DNA of 64,000 nt from positions 1 to 64,000 of IMG/VR virus record IMGVR_UViG_3300028423_001099, one strand, 5' to 3'. The notes below the pieces were generated by a model, which worked only from the letters and a program-made list of their open reading frames with translations, had not been told where the DNA came from and searched no databases. The stretch is from a virus. Position numbers and translations under genes: made by a program. Shown here piece after piece: positions 28,807-39,096 of the stretch (position 1 is the first letter of the stretch; each line of letters begins with the position of its first letter).

Positions 28807-29661
28807 TTATTTGATCCAACTGGTGTTAATTACCAGATCTCTGGCATATTCCAGCCAGAACTTTCCTGCAGGCGGTCCACCGTTGCAGGTGCCGTCGCTT
28901 TCTCCGGGCACCTTGATCCACAAGTAAGCATCACAGTGTTCAAGTTGAGTGTGTGTGGTAGGCGGTATGCCCAATGCGCGCTCGGGCGGATTGCACCACT
29001 CGTTGCCATAAGGACCTGCACCGTTGCGGCTGGTATCTACCACATAATAATCAACATCTGCATATTCCCTGACTCGTTCGGCCCACTTTACACTCTCTTT
29101 GGTGGTGCGATAGTTGCTCACATTCACACTAAAGCCTCTGGTCTCAGAATTGCACACACTGTTGAGCAGTTTGCCTGCTGTTTCGGGATCAAGCCAATTG
29201 CTGTGCCCGATGTCAGCATACACATGAGCATTGCAGTTTTCTCTCAAAATTGACAGAGATTGTTTCATGAGTTCAAGACGTTTTTGCGCAGGTTTTTTCT
29301 CCATCAATGTGGTGTGTGGCAATCCGTCGGGCTCATATATCACAATGGGCTGTCGATCTCCCAGTGTTTTTGCAAATGTTTCTATGAACTGTAGATATGT
29401 GTCATCACTAGAAGCGCCGCCTTTGCTGTAATTACCCATGTCGCGGTTGGGCAAATTGTAGATCACCATGATAGGTAGCAGCGGGTCAGCTCTGTTGAGA
29501 AGACGTGTGATCCGACTGTGTACCTTGAAAAGATCTTTTTTGCCTTTTTTTACTCCAAACCAAAAGGCCACAGGATATTCAAAGATTTTGCCTGCCACAG
29601 GATATTTCTCTCTGTGATTGCGAATACGATCAAAGTCGTTGACGTAGAAAGGATAATCCAT
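28807..29661 (-). CDS. glycoside hydrolase family 6 (cellulase-like)
   Basis: YNLPNRD, IYEPDGL, DIGHSNWL, NVSNY, DTSRNG, WCNP, LWIKVPGESDG. Confidence 0.92.
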   Translation of the reverse strand: MDYPFYVNDFDRIRNHREKYPVAGKIFEYPVAFWFGVKKGKKDLFKVHSRITRLLNRADPLLPIMVIYNLPNRDMGNYSKGGASSDDTYLQFIETFAKTLGDRQPIVIYEPDGLPHTTLMEKKPAQKRLELMKQSLSILRENCNAHVYADIGHSNWLDPETAGKLLNSVCNSETRGFSVNVSNYRTTKESVKWAERVREYADVDYYVVDTSRNGAGPYGNEWCNPPERALGIPPTTHTQLEHCDAYLWIKVPGESDGTCNGGPPAGKFWLEYARDLVINTSWIK

Positions 29662-29669
29662 ATGAGGAT

Positions 29670-30254
29670 CTAGCGAACGCTGCGATACAGCTTTTTAAAC
29701 AGTTTGTCTCGCTTTTGCTTGGCATGCTTGAGTTTGAATTCACTCACATGGTCCAAGAACACTTGTCCTTGTAGGTGATCATACTCATGCAGGAAACAGC
29801 GAGCATCCATGCCATCCATCCAGGTTTCAACTTGAGTTTTGCCGTCAGTCTTGTAATACCTTACTTTGATTTCTGCCGGACGTTCGACCAATAGATACAA
29901 CAGTGGCCATGTGAGGCAGCCTTCTTTGATTTTTGCTGATCCCTGTGTTTCTAGGATTTCCGGTTTGTAGACACCAATGTCGCCAAGCATGCTATGTGTC
30001 ATCACAAACATATTATAACTACTGCCCAGTTGGTTGGCTGCTAGGCCAATGCCCATGTTGTCGTGCATCAAAGCAAGCATTTCCTGTTCTCGCTGATGCC
30101 AGTCGACGTCGCTGCTAAACGGATCAGTGGTAGCTTTGCGATACAGTGCAGGATGACTGGGCTCTACTAGCTCGCAGTGCCACTCGTCTACACTGAGACT
30201 GCTTGTGCGCACCGAACTACTGCTGGCATATCGATCGTAGGGATTATATTGCAT
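29670..30254 (-). CDS. def: peptide deformylase
   Basis: GIGLAANQ, EGCLT, HEYDH motifs. Confidence 0.93.
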   Translation of the reverse strand: MQYNPYDRYASSSSVRTSSLSVDEWHCELVEPSHPALYRKATTDPFSSDVDWHQREQEMLALMHDNMGIGLAANQLGSSYNMFVMTHSMLGDIGVYKPEILETQGSAKIKEGCLTWPLLYLLVERPAEIKVRYYKTDGKTQVETWMDGMDARCFLHEYDHLQGQVFLDHVSEFKLKHAKQKRDKLFKKLYRSVR

Positions 30255-30326
30255 AACTGTATTTATTTGAAATTTCTGAGACTGCGATATTTATTTGAAG
30301 AGATATCAATCAAGATAAATACCATT

Positions 30327-31175
30327 ATGAGCAAAGTGCCCGACAACAACACAGTTTATCTCACTGATGTACTGCCTTTGAATCGCTGGGAGTTGGTTGA
30401 TCTATACACAAGAGCCTGGGCGCAAAGAAATGAAAATGCGTGGTACGGATATATTCCTAAAACAGCACTATACTTTGATGACCCACTGAGTGTCACAAAA
30501 CAGACCCTTGACAATTATTTTTCGGGTCATAGATATCAAAAACATCCTGACGAAATACTTGAATATGATCGAGGAGAAGATTCTAGCACGGAATATTTTG
30601 CCAAGCTGGTATGGCTCACACACGATTATTTTAGATACAATGGTTTTCAGACCCCGATATGTGCACATTACAATCCTAGACTTGATTGCAATGTGATTCA
30701 CCCCGGAGGTTCTAGGAATCAAATTCTCAATCTATTTGGAGACGATAAACTAGAAGCCATGTATTTCAACACAGGCGGCGTTGAACCGCCCTGGCTAGCA
30801 GATATGAAAAAAATAGACATTGCGGATTTTATGTTGAATCGAGGCTGGGCCGCTGGTGCAGTTCCAGACCACGGTAGTCTGATTCCGCACTTTGTTAAAA
30901 AGACACATTGGATACCCTTGGGTATTCGTAGATTTCAGAGATATTTGTACAAGCTGATGCATGCATCTTCGGTTCCGTTGCAAATCAAAAGCAACACAGA
31001 CCTAGAGTATCTTGGGCCGTGGCAAGTATCGGATGCATCTGAGCACGACGTCAGAGTCGATGCTCACCATCAACTAGATCAAATAGACCAAATAAAAATC
31101 ACACTTTTGGCTTGTGCAAAAGTGAATTATCAGTATAAAAATTACAAAATAACATGCAAGAAACCTATCAACTAG
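30327..31175 (+). CDS. hypothetical protein
   Basis: ORF; start 5 nt after GATAAATA (30314-30321). Confidence 0.6.
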   Translation: MSKVPDNNTVYLTDVLPLNRWELVDLYTRAWAQRNENAWYGYIPKTALYFDDPLSVTKQTLDNYFSGHRYQKHPDEILEYDRGEDSSTEYFAKLVWLTHDYFRYNGFQTPICAHYNPRLDCNVIHPGGSRNQILNLFGDDKLEAMYFNTGGVEPPWLADMKKIDIADFMLNRGWAAGAVPDHGSLIPHFVKKTHWIPLGIRRFQRYLYKLMHASSVPLQIKSNTDLEYLGPWQVSDASEHDVRVDAHHQLDQIDQIKITLLACAKVNYQYKNYKITCKKPIN

Positions 31176-32131
31176 AGAGGGCAGTGATAGAAATAGCAGG
31201 GGGCTGTAACTACAGTTGCAGTATGTGTCCTCAGAGCACAGGCCGCGGCAAAGACTTTACCAAACTGATGCCACTGGATCTATTTGAGGAGATACTGGAT
31301 CAAATCACACCCCGTTACGGCTATCCTGTGATTAACATGGAAGGCTCAGGAGAGCCCACACTAGTAAAGAATCTTGCCCAGTATGTGGAAGCATGCACAC
31401 GCAGAGGTTGTGCAAGTTTTATCTACACCAATGGCTCTTATATGACAGGTGACTACATGCAGGATGCTGTGGATGCTGGACTCAGCTTTGTGAGATTTAG
31501 CTGCATTGGCTATACACCAGAGCTCTATCATCAGTGGATGAGCCAAGACAACTTTTATCGGATTCGGGACAATGCATGTGAAACACAGGCATATATCAAG
31601 CAAAACGGCAGTGACTGTGTGGTCAGCAGCTATCACCTCATACTAGACAACAATCAGATTGATCATGAAGTCAAACAGTATCAGAAAAACTTCATTGAGC
31701 CTGTGGGCAGTGTAGGGTATATCTGGAAAATGCACAACTGGAGTGGCAACTATCAGCCGCTGTATATCAGAGATCCTGCAGAGAAACGCACCTGTGGCAG
31801 ACCGTTTGCACCTGAGATCACTGTGAGAGCAGGTGGCCTAGATGGCAAGCAAGGTGCAGTAACACCCTGCTGTCAGACTATGGGGCCTCCAAACGAAGCA
31901 CTCAGTGTGCTAGGACACATGGACACACAAACATTTGAGGATGTGTTCTGGGGAGAAGCATATGAGGACCTGCGACAAGCTCACAATGATGGCGAGTTTG
32001 ACAGAATAGATTACTGCAAGAACTGTGATTTCTTGTACGAAGATCCAGAGGTATTGGTGTGGAGCAACGACCCCGATGCCCGTGTGGATCACATGTTAGG
32101 AACCGGTTTTGATTTATCAGATTACAAATAA
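31154..32131 (+). CDS. radical SAM protein with SPASM/twitch domain
   Basis: CNYSCSMC, GSGEP, YTNG; C-terminal C...PCC...CKNC. Confidence 0.9.
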   Translation: MQETYQLERAVIEIAGGCNYSCSMCPQSTGRGKDFTKLMPLDLFEEILDQITPRYGYPVINMEGSGEPTLVKNLAQYVEACTRRGCASFIYTNGSYMTGDYMQDAVDAGLSFVRFSCIGYTPELYHQWMSQDNFYRIRDNACETQAYIKQNGSDCVVSSYHLILDNNQIDHEVKQYQKNFIEPVGSVGYIWKMHNWSGNYQPLYIRDPAEKRTCGRPFAPEITVRAGGLDGKQGAVTPCCQTMGPPNEALSVLGHMDTQTFEDVFWGEAYEDLRQAHNDGEFDRIDYCKNCDFLYEDPEVLVWSNDPDARVDHMLGTGFDLSDYK

Positions 32132-32132
32132 T

Positions 32133-32357
32133 CTATTTCTTAGAAAGCATATATTGTGCTATAGATGCTGAAAACTCATTGGCACGCAACACTTTAAAAT
32201 CTGTCACGGGCTCAATGTTTGAAATTTCAAGACGGTTGGTGTTCCGGTCGAAGCGCTCTTCAATCATATAGCATTCATGACAAATTTTTTCTAGCATTTC
32301 CATGGGCACTGCTAGTCTACCATAACCGCCTATTATCACATAGTCTTTATCAGCCAT
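32133..32357 (-). CDS. hypothetical protein
   Basis: ORF coupled to upstream gene. Confidence 0.55.
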   Translation of the reverse strand: MADKDYVIIGGYGRLAVPMEMLEKICHECYMIEERFDRNTNRLEISNIEPVTDFKVLRANEFSASIAQYMLSKK

Positions 32358-33132
32358 TGTGATAACCAGTAGAATTGAAGTAGCGCATGGATCTCATGAT
32401 ATAGGGCAACACAAACTCATCTACAAATTGACGATGTGCATCACTGCTGGGATGATCATCGTTGGGGCGCGAAAAAGGTATTTGTTTGTATTCTACCCAT
32501 TGACTCATGTTTGTGTCGCAGGGCCATTTTGAAAAGTCAATCTCTGCATACATAGGTGCTAGGTCAGGCATTGCAATCAAGTCATCTGTGCCTTCTCTGA
32601 TGCAATCATGACTGTATTCCAGCATAAAATAGTCAATGCCTTTGGCACGTAAAAACCATTGTGTTTTCAGCACACTCTCAAGGGTCAGCAACATACCACC
32701 CACACTATCATAAAAGTGTTCAAAGTACATCACACTGGTTGGATCTTCCCAGTTTACGTTTATGAGATATTGATAGCGATTTTGATCTCTAAGCCATGTG
32801 GGATTCTGATAGTTTTTGTGTTCGTGGTCTGTCACTGGTATACTGGTGTGCGGAAAATTAGGGTTGGTGCTGTAAGCATCCATGCGGTTTCGACCACTCC
32901 ACATAATTCCCACAAGCACGTCACTGGGATCATAGCCTTGATCCAGTGCGTCAAGAACTGCATATATAATCAGCCGACTAATCACAGTGTTACCTGCAGC
33001 ACCAATGCCTGTGTGCACAGTTTTTTCAAACTCCAGTGATTCAGCAACATGGGCAGGCCAAGTCTTATCAGCATTGGGCACTTGGCTAAAACTACAGCCT
33101 CCGCTGATGAATATTTTTTTATCAGTCTTCAT
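32350..33132 (-). CDS. SGNH/GDSL-like protein (paralog 3)
   Basis: GGCSFS, GAAGN, MWSG..R, DDHPSSDAH. Confidence 0.65.
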   Translation of the reverse strand: MKTDKKIFISGGCSFSQVPNADKTWPAHVAESLEFEKTVHTGIGAAGNTVISRLIIYAVLDALDQGYDPSDVLVGIMWSGRNRMDAYSTNPNFPHTSIPVTDHEHKNYQNPTWLRDQNRYQYLINVNWEDPTSVMYFEHFYDSVGGMLLTLESVLKTQWFLRAKGIDYFMLEYSHDCIREGTDDLIAMPDLAPMYAEIDFSKWPCDTNMSQWVEYKQIPFSRPNDDHPSSDAHRQFVDEFVLPYIMRSMRYFNSTGYHNG

Positions 33133-33133
33133 A

Positions 33134-33673
33134 TCAGAGATTATGCACATTAAAGGCCTTATAAGTGCGCTGAACGCACACTGCCTGCCAGTATGCATCG
33201 TCGTCAGCACTGTGTAGATTTTGCTGAACTTCTTTGCGCGGGTCTTTGGGCATCATGTTAAAAATAGTGCGACAGTCCATGATCTGCCAGAATGCCCAGT
33301 TTCTGTGATGCTGAAACTGGTCATAGAGATTTTCCAAGATAACCATATCAAACTGTGGTCCTTGACACCAAATTTTGTTGACACCCACTAGGTACTTGTT
33401 GAGTTCGCCAAAAAACTGCTCCAGTGGTATTCTGCCCTCTTCAGTGAACGTGCTTTCTCGTATCTTTTCGTCCTGCTTGCCCCACCATGCCAGTGTGTCC
33501 TCACCAACTGCTCTTCCTGCTTGCAACTGCTGTTCCACAGCTGGTCTCCACAACTGTTTGCTGTTGGGCTCTGTGAGCACATATGGATCAAATTTACATG
33601 CACCCACAGTGAGCACTGCTGCACCAGGTGATGTGTCAAGTGTCTCGATGTCAATCATTGCATGTGTTGTCAT
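33134..33673 (-). CDS. DEDDh 3'-5' exonuclease
   Basis: MIDIETL, QFDMVILE, DCRT, HSADDDA. Confidence 0.88.
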   Translation of the reverse strand: MTTHAMIDIETLDTSPGAAVLTVGACKFDPYVLTEPNSKQLWRPAVEQQLQAGRAVGEDTLAWWGKQDEKIRESTFTEEGRIPLEQFFGELNKYLVGVNKIWCQGPQFDMVILENLYDQFQHHRNWAFWQIMDCRTIFNMMPKDPRKEVQQNLHSADDDAYWQAVCVQRTYKAFNVHNL

Positions 33674-33708
33674 CTACAAACCTTTCTAAACTTTAACTGT
33701 GTGCATGC

Positions 33709-33737
33709 ATTTTATATGATATTGTTGCCTGTGTCAA
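33709..33737 (-). promoter_or_regulatory. sigma70-like early promoter
   Basis: TTGACA-N17-TAAAAT. Confidence 0.65.
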
Positions 33738-33764
33738 CACAGATTTCAGAAACGGTCACAGTAG

Positions 33765-34322
33765 CTAGCACCTGATATCAGGAGGTTTTGCTATGTCATA
33801 CTTCATGGACAACGCATGAAACACACTGTTTGTGCCTCGTGCTATTTTCCAATTTATCACAGGGTCACTGAGAATTCTCTGCTTTGTTGTGGGCTGACAG
33901 CCTTCGAGCCACACAATATCTTCGTGTGTGTATACTCTAATGTCTTGTTGTAACCAATGCACAAATCCCAAGCTACGCCAATGCACACATGATAGCCAGG
34001 AAAGTCCTCCTATTAGGATGCTCGGCGATTTTTTTAGTGATTCACTGAAATCAAACATGGTAAAAACCTGTGGCAATGTGTATGCATTTACACAGTTGAG
34101 ATTTTTTCCCATGTTTGCACTTTGAATATTTTCCACAATATATGGATCGGTAGGTCCGTTATCTCTGCCGTATGTGGCAAACACCACTGTGTCAAAGTTT
34201 AATCTGCTGAGCATTTTCACAAGACGTTTATAAAAATCCAAACCATGATCAACTTTATAAACTGTGTGATCCCAGCAATCAATGAGAACCACAAGATCAT
34301 AGTTGTTGGGCTCGTCAATCAT
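33765..34322 (-). CDS. hypothetical protein, weak isochorismatase/cysteine-hydrolase-like pattern
   Basis: VVLIDCW...ILIGG.SW..CV; start reassigned to MIDEP. Confidence 0.45.
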   Translation of the reverse strand: MIDEPNNYDLVVLIDCWDHTVYKVDHGLDFYKRLVKMLSRLNFDTVVFATYGRDNGPTDPYIVENIQSANMGKNLNCVNAYTLPQVFTMFDFSESLKKSPSILIGGLSWLSCVHWRSLGFVHWLQQDIRVYTHEDIVWLEGCQPTTKQRILSDPVINWKIARGTNSVFHALSMKYDIAKPPDIRC

Positions 34323-35058
34323 GGGCTTTCCTTTGAATGAGATCAACAAGTCTGTTGGCAAAAAATCTATGAGCCTCTGCACTAGGGTGACCATTTGGCA
34401 TTTGACCCAATCTCTGACTGCCTTTAAATACCAGCGAAGGTGAAATATTATTCCAGTGGTTACAGAGTCTAAAACAGGTTTTGCTGAATTCTGCGTCAAC
34501 ATCTTCATTGAATATACCATACCATCTGCGACGACTTGATATATCACTCAATGTGTTGCATCGAGATTGTTCATGTCCGGGCACACTGGTATGTATGTAT
34601 CGAACTCCCAGATTCTTCAAATAGATATCAGCATGCTGAATATAGATCACATTGTTGAAAATACCATCTACAATGGTTTGAAGTCCAGGGTCTGCATAGT
34701 ATGCATAATTGGCACGATCGATCCATGAACCCTGACTGCTAAAATGAGGGTTATCGCTGTCAATGCTCCAGTGTGTTAGGTCTACAGCCTTGTTATCATC
34801 TGTGATCACACAGTGCCTGTTGAAAAAACTCCACATGACTATTACTATATCAGACTCTTGAAAATCGAATGTCATTATTTCGTGGAGTATGTGCTTGTTG
34901 CCGATGCTGCTTATGCCCTGATTAACACATTCAAGTCCTAGGATGTCCGCAGCAATCTGAGGCCATGCATGCTTGCTTGGATTATTTGTGCCTGACACAC
35001 AGCCAGGTAACTCGTCGCCGTATGTGAAACTACAGCCAAATGCAACCAGGCGACTCAT
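34315..35058 (-). CDS. SGNH/GDSL-like protein (paralog 4)
   Basis: FGCSFTYG, GISSIGN, MWSFFNR, NGHPSAEAH. Confidence 0.65.
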   Translation of the reverse strand: MSRLVAFGCSFTYGDELPGCVSGTNNPSKHAWPQIAADILGLECVNQGISSIGNKHILHEIMTFDFQESDIVIVMWSFFNRHCVITDDNKAVDLTHWSIDSDNPHFSSQGSWIDRANYAYYADPGLQTIVDGIFNNVIYIQHADIYLKNLGVRYIHTSVPGHEQSRCNTLSDISSRRRWYGIFNEDVDAEFSKTCFRLCNHWNNISPSLVFKGSQRLGQMPNGHPSAEAHRFFANRLVDLIQRKAHD

Positions 35059-35906
35059 AGCACCAGTTTTTCATCGTCCTCGGCTTTATTCTTGGATTCC
35101 AACTGCCCTGCACCTTTCACAGATTTGTCCCAGACCATTTTTTCAAATGGATCCTGCTCGCCTGCTTGAACTCGATTCCACCATTCTGAGGGCTGACCAA
35201 TCTTTTCCAAAAACCAAGCAATCTTGTATGCACTTCTCACACGCGCTTGTTGCATCTCTGAGTGACCAAAGTCTCTGGGGTCATCGGGGTTTCCTTCCAT
35301 ATATTTGCGATTGTGAAAGGTTTCATCGTCGTTGTTGCCTGTGATGTCTGCACGGTCGTGTGTGATATGCACTTCAGTTCTCTCAAAGATGTCCAACATG
35401 TAGGCAATGTGGCTTACCCAGGCATCATTTTGTGCATTGAGGCTGATGTGATCCATCAAGCGGAACCAATCTGCAGGTACGATGGGCAAGATAGCATAGG
35501 GGTGGCCATCATGGTTGTCAGTGGGTGCCAGCAGCTTGAACTCACCGTTGTGGCCCTCAATGATGTTGTCCCAGCCCGGTGTGTCCATGAGTGCATCGTC
35601 GTTCCAGATGAATAGCCACTGACCCGATGCTGCACTAGCCAGTGTGTTCACATAGGTGTGCAGGTTCTCATAGCCCAGTGGCTGAAAGATCTGTGCACGG
35701 CATTCTACCCCGTGTTCCGTGAGATAGGGAGCAACTTCTGATTGCAGATACTCTTTGACCTCTGTGTCATCATCGTCGATGCCCAGCATGATCTCTACCC
35801 TAGTGGGGTCAGTGGCATTGTCGATCAAGCTAACCAGACTGTTTTTCAGTGTTTGAGTTCTGCCTCTGGTGGGCAGCAGGATGCTTATGGTAGTTTTGTC
35901 AGTCAT
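35055..35906 (-). CDS. glycosyltransferase family 2
   Basis: ISILLPTRGR, IDDDD, WNDD (DxD-like). Confidence 0.82.
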   Translation of the reverse strand: MTDKTTISILLPTRGRTQTLKNSLVSLIDNATDPTRVEIMLGIDDDDTEVKEYLQSEVAPYLTEHGVECRAQIFQPLGYENLHTYVNTLASAASGQWLFIWNDDALMDTPGWDNIIEGHNGEFKLLAPTDNHDGHPYAILPIVPADWFRLMDHISLNAQNDAWVSHIAYMLDIFERTEVHITHDRADITGNNDDETFHNRKYMEGNPDDPRDFGHSEMQQARVRSAYKIAWFLEKIGQPSEWWNRVQAGEQDPFEKMVWDKSVKGAGQLESKNKAEDDEKLVL

Positions 35907-36074
35907 TGTGTATTCCTGTTATTTGTTATTGAGCTTGAGCAAACTGTATTGATGTTAAGATCATAGAACACAATGTTGCCTGTTAGTCTCTCATATGGTG
36001 TGTAGACATCATTGTTAAAGTCATACACTATGCGCTGGCCTTCCAGAAAGGCTATAGCAATTTCTGTTTGTTCC

Positions 36075-37007
36075 TCACTTGTCGGTTTTCTTGGAGGTGT
36101 CATTTTTGCCTGTGAACAGTTTTCTGATGTTGCCACGAAATGTGTAGTGACCTACGTGGTTCAGTGCAGTCCTCGGATCAAGATACACATCGCCGCCCAG
36201 GTTTTGCCACAGTCTGCAGAAAGTGTAGTCTTCACTGAGATAGCGACGGCTCTCTGGATCAATCATAGTATCAAACAGTGCATACATGTAAGGCTCAAAC
36301 TTTTGATCCACGTTGATATCATTGACATATTTGAGCTCTGGGTGTGCATCAAACAGTTGCTGGATGGCCTCTTTTTTGATGCACATAAATCCTGTGCCAG
36401 CATCTTTAAGCTTTACTAAATTGTCTACGATCTGGACCTGTCCAGTTTTAGCGCCCGATTCGTCTTCCACAAAATCAAAGTTCACCACATAGTTGGAACT
36501 ATGTCCTTCAATGGTATCAGCAGTTTCACTGGGGTCATTTCTAGCAGCAGTGATTATGCTGTTCCAGTTCACTGCCTTCTTGGGATAAGCACCCACAATC
36601 ACAGGCTTGTCATAGGCCACCATTCTGAGCAGGTCTTCTGCATTGAATTCAATGTCTGCATCAATGAAGAACAGATGTGTGGCTTCGGAGTTTTCCATGA
36701 AGAAACTGGTCAGTGTGTTACGGCCTCTGGTAACCAAGCTCTCGTTGGCCAGTGTGCTCACAGTAAAAGGAATATCATACTTGTTGCATAGGATGCTGAG
36801 GCGCATCATGCTGCGAAAGTAAGGCTCTCCAATCTGTCCACCATAGCATGGTGTAGCAATAAAAATATGCTTGCTGCGCAGGAGACCCACTGGAATCTCA
36901 ATCTTGGAATCGAGCAGTTGATGTAAAACATCACTGTTTGATGTTGTGGTCTGTGAGTTATGGTTTTTCTTGTTTTTTTTGGTTTTTTTCTGTGTGTTTT
37001 TGGGCAT
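36075..37007 (-). CDS. GT-A fold glycosyltransferase-like protein
   Basis: IATPCYGG, NESLVTRGRN, FIDADI, GTGFM, YLSEDYTFC, HVG. Confidence 0.8.
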   Translation of the reverse strand: MPKNTQKKTKKNKKNHNSQTTTSNSDVLHQLLDSKIEIPVGLLRSKHIFIATPCYGGQIGEPYFRSMMRLSILCNKYDIPFTVSTLANESLVTRGRNTLTSFFMENSEATHLFFIDADIEFNAEDLLRMVAYDKPVIVGAYPKKAVNWNSIITAARNDPSETADTIEGHSSNYVVNFDFVEDESGAKTGQVQIVDNLVKLKDAGTGFMCIKKEAIQQLFDAHPELKYVNDINVDQKFEPYMYALFDTMIDPESRRYLSEDYTFCRLWQNLGGDVYLDPRTALNHVGHYTFRGNIRKLFTGKNDTSKKTDK

Positions 37008-37131
37008 CTGTGTACTCTCAAGTATGTGGTTATGCAAAACAACCTGGTTTAGAGATGTAAATCAACTTTAGCTGTCTTAGTCACAGAGTATTTACAGTGC
37101 CGAACATGTCCATGTGTTTGTTTTCGGCACA

Positions 37132-37158
37132 CAAAAACACGGACATAATTGTCCGTGT
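37132..37158 (-). terminator. intrinsic terminator
   Basis: ACACGGACA-ATTA-TGTCCGTGT hairpin followed by TTTT on minus strand. Confidence 0.6.
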
Positions 37159-37183
37159 CTGTTTTACAATAATTTTCTGGGGA

Positions 37184-37351
37184 TTATCTTTCGTTAGGAC
37201 GTTTGCTCACAAACTGATTAAGGCTTTCTGCTTCGTCGAGCACTTCTTCAGTGGTAGGCATGTCTTCGGGGTTTTTGGCTCGTGCTTGAAGTATTTCTCT
37301 GGCTTCACGCACAAGATCCAAACGAATTTCGTAAGGAGTTTTGTTTGACAT
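37184..37351 (-). CDS. small hypothetical protein (55 aa, MSNKTPYEIRLDL...), not in ORF track
   Basis: Manually translated; AAGGA SD, AATAAATA late promoter upstream, terminator downstream. Confidence 0.75.
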   Translation of the reverse strand: MSNKTPYEIRLDLVREAREILQARAKNPEDMPTTEEVLDEAESLNQFVSKRPNER

Positions 37352-37448
37352 TTTTCTAATCCTTTATTACACGCCGGCTTCAGCGCATTAACTTAGTAAT
37401 ATTTATTAAAAAAATGTCAAAAAGTTATAACTGTACATTGAGAAGATT

Positions 37449-37907
37449 CTAGTGACATTTTTGGTCGATCCAGTGTTTCACATACAGCCTGGTTTCCAAG
37501 GTGTGTGCTTCTGCTTCCCAAGGCAAATGTCTGTACACCGTGCCTTCCTTGACACCTTTGCCGGTCTGGGTCCAAACTGTACCGTCGCTGGATAACTGTC
37601 CTTTTATAAGCTGCTTGGCATGAACCAACTCATGTGCTAGACTGATCAACACAGTGGAATAATCGTATGCTATGTATGTGCCAGTTTGTAGATCAGTGTA
37701 GCCTTTGGCAACATCGATCCATACTTCATTTTTGTCGCCATGACAAAATCCATAAACACCAGACCCTAAACAGCGACGAAAATGTATCCACACATCCACA
37801 GGTCGCTGAAATCGCCGTGTAAAGAAACTTGATAGTACATCACGAGCATACTCAGTGACCTGATGTTTGTTTTTGATAGTACCACTTATTGTTACTTCAA
37901 AGCACAC
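37449..37907 (-). CDS. HEXXH zinc metallopeptidase-like protein
   Basis: LAHELVHAKQ...PWEAEA; AGGAG SD. Confidence 0.75.
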   Translation of the reverse strand: MCFEVTISGTIKNKHQVTEYARDVLSSFFTRRFQRPVDVWIHFRRCLGSGVYGFCHGDKNEVWIDVAKGYTDLQTGTYIAYDYSTVLISLAHELVHAKQLIKGQLSSDGTVWTQTGKGVKEGTVYRHLPWEAEAHTLETRLYVKHWIDQKCH

Positions 37908-37976
37908 AGTCTATCTCCTGAAAATTCCTACTAAATTATGATAACACATTGTGTATTTTATAGCAAGTTCAACAAA

Positions 37977-39014
37977 TTACCAGTCAAAGCTGTAGGAATT
38001 TATGTCAATAAGGCAGTTATTGTCAATGATATCTTGTGCCTGTTTGAGCACATCTTCAGCTTCTGTGCTAAAAACTGGCATGGAAAGGCTTTTGTCGTCG
38101 GGTATATTTAGATGGAACAAAGGATATCTGTATCGACAGTCAAAATCATTGTATCGCCCGGTTTGCATAGCTAAATGAACTTTGAGCCTCTCAAATCCAG
38201 TGAATTTTTTCAATGGCATCATAAAATCAAAGCCAAAGCTGTTGTAAAATGCCTGCTTGTATTCGTCTACACTTGACTTCAACGTGTCGCCAAAGTTGGC
38301 AATTATTTTTTTGTTTTCAAGCACCCAAAAGTTTTGTTTTAACGCTTTGTAATAGATTTCACTGCTCATGAGAAAGGGATCTCTGATAAGTGTCATGTGG
38401 TTGTCTGATGCCATTTTCACATATGGCATGACCAGTCTTCGAAAATGTGTTACTTGACTATTCACAACTCCATCGGTCAGCGATGAAGGCCACCTGAATG
38501 GCAGAACCGCAACGTTATTTTGGTGTCCTATCACAGGAAATTCGCCTCCCATGAGAACTGGCAGATTTTGATCTGCTAGATGCTGCTCTATGGCATATAG
38601 ATGGCAAGCAATCTGTGGGCTCAATGCATAATACTTTTTTGCTACGCTGGTCAGCTCATTGTCTAAAAAATGCTTTAAATCAATGTCGACAACATGATGT
38701 GTGATTTGATGTTTTTGACAAAACCGCGTGGCCATCAGCACATCACTGGAGTTTACAACGTCATCATTCCAGAAATACTGGAATGTATATGCTTGCATGC
38801 TTTTGCAGTGCTTTTTTGCAAGATGCGCAGAAAATTGACTGTCAAGACCCCCACTGAGACACAGCAAAATTTCTGGATACTCTGCAAACTGCTCAGCCCA
38901 CATACTCTCCAACGACCTATTGGTTTTTTCTAGGCACACATGCACTGTTTTTGCCTGTAGATCAAAGGTCACTGCTTCGGGCTTTCCCAGTGAGAATGTG
39001 TTCTTTGCAGTCAA
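37977..39014 (-). CDS. PP-loop (adenine nucleotide alpha hydrolase) family protein
   Basis: LCLSGGLDS motif; start uncertain (TTG 39014 assumed). Confidence 0.6.
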   Translation of the reverse strand: MTAKNTFSLGKPEAVTFDLQAKTVHVCLEKTNRSLESMWAEQFAEYPEILLCLSGGLDSQFSAHLAKKHCKSMQAYTFQYFWNDDVVNSSDVLMATRFCQKHQITHHVVDIDLKHFLDNELTSVAKKYYALSPQIACHLYAIEQHLADQNLPVLMGGEFPVIGHQNNVAVLPFRWPSSLTDGVVNSQVTHFRRLVMPYVKMASDNHMTLIRDPFLMSSEIYYKALKQNFWVLENKKIIANFGDTLKSSVDEYKQAFYNSFGFDFMMPLKKFTGFERLKVHLAMQTGRYNDFDCRYRYPLFHLNIPDDKSLSMPVFSTEAEDVLKQAQDIIDNNCLIDINSYSFDW

Positions 39015-39042
39015 TATTTTGCCTTTGTTATAACATAGATTT

Positions 39043-39050
39043 GATAAATA
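39043..39050 (+). promoter_or_regulatory. late promoter GATAAATA
   Basis: Upstream of subtilase. Confidence 0.6.
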
Positions 39051-39096
39051 CTTATTGATAAAACATCGCAAACCCACGATTTCACGGAGATCTCGA

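Noticed and set aside
35903-36136. 77-aa ORF between the two glycosyltransferases
   Set aside because: Overlaps the upstream gene and has no recognisable motif; left uncalled, although a shorter version may be real
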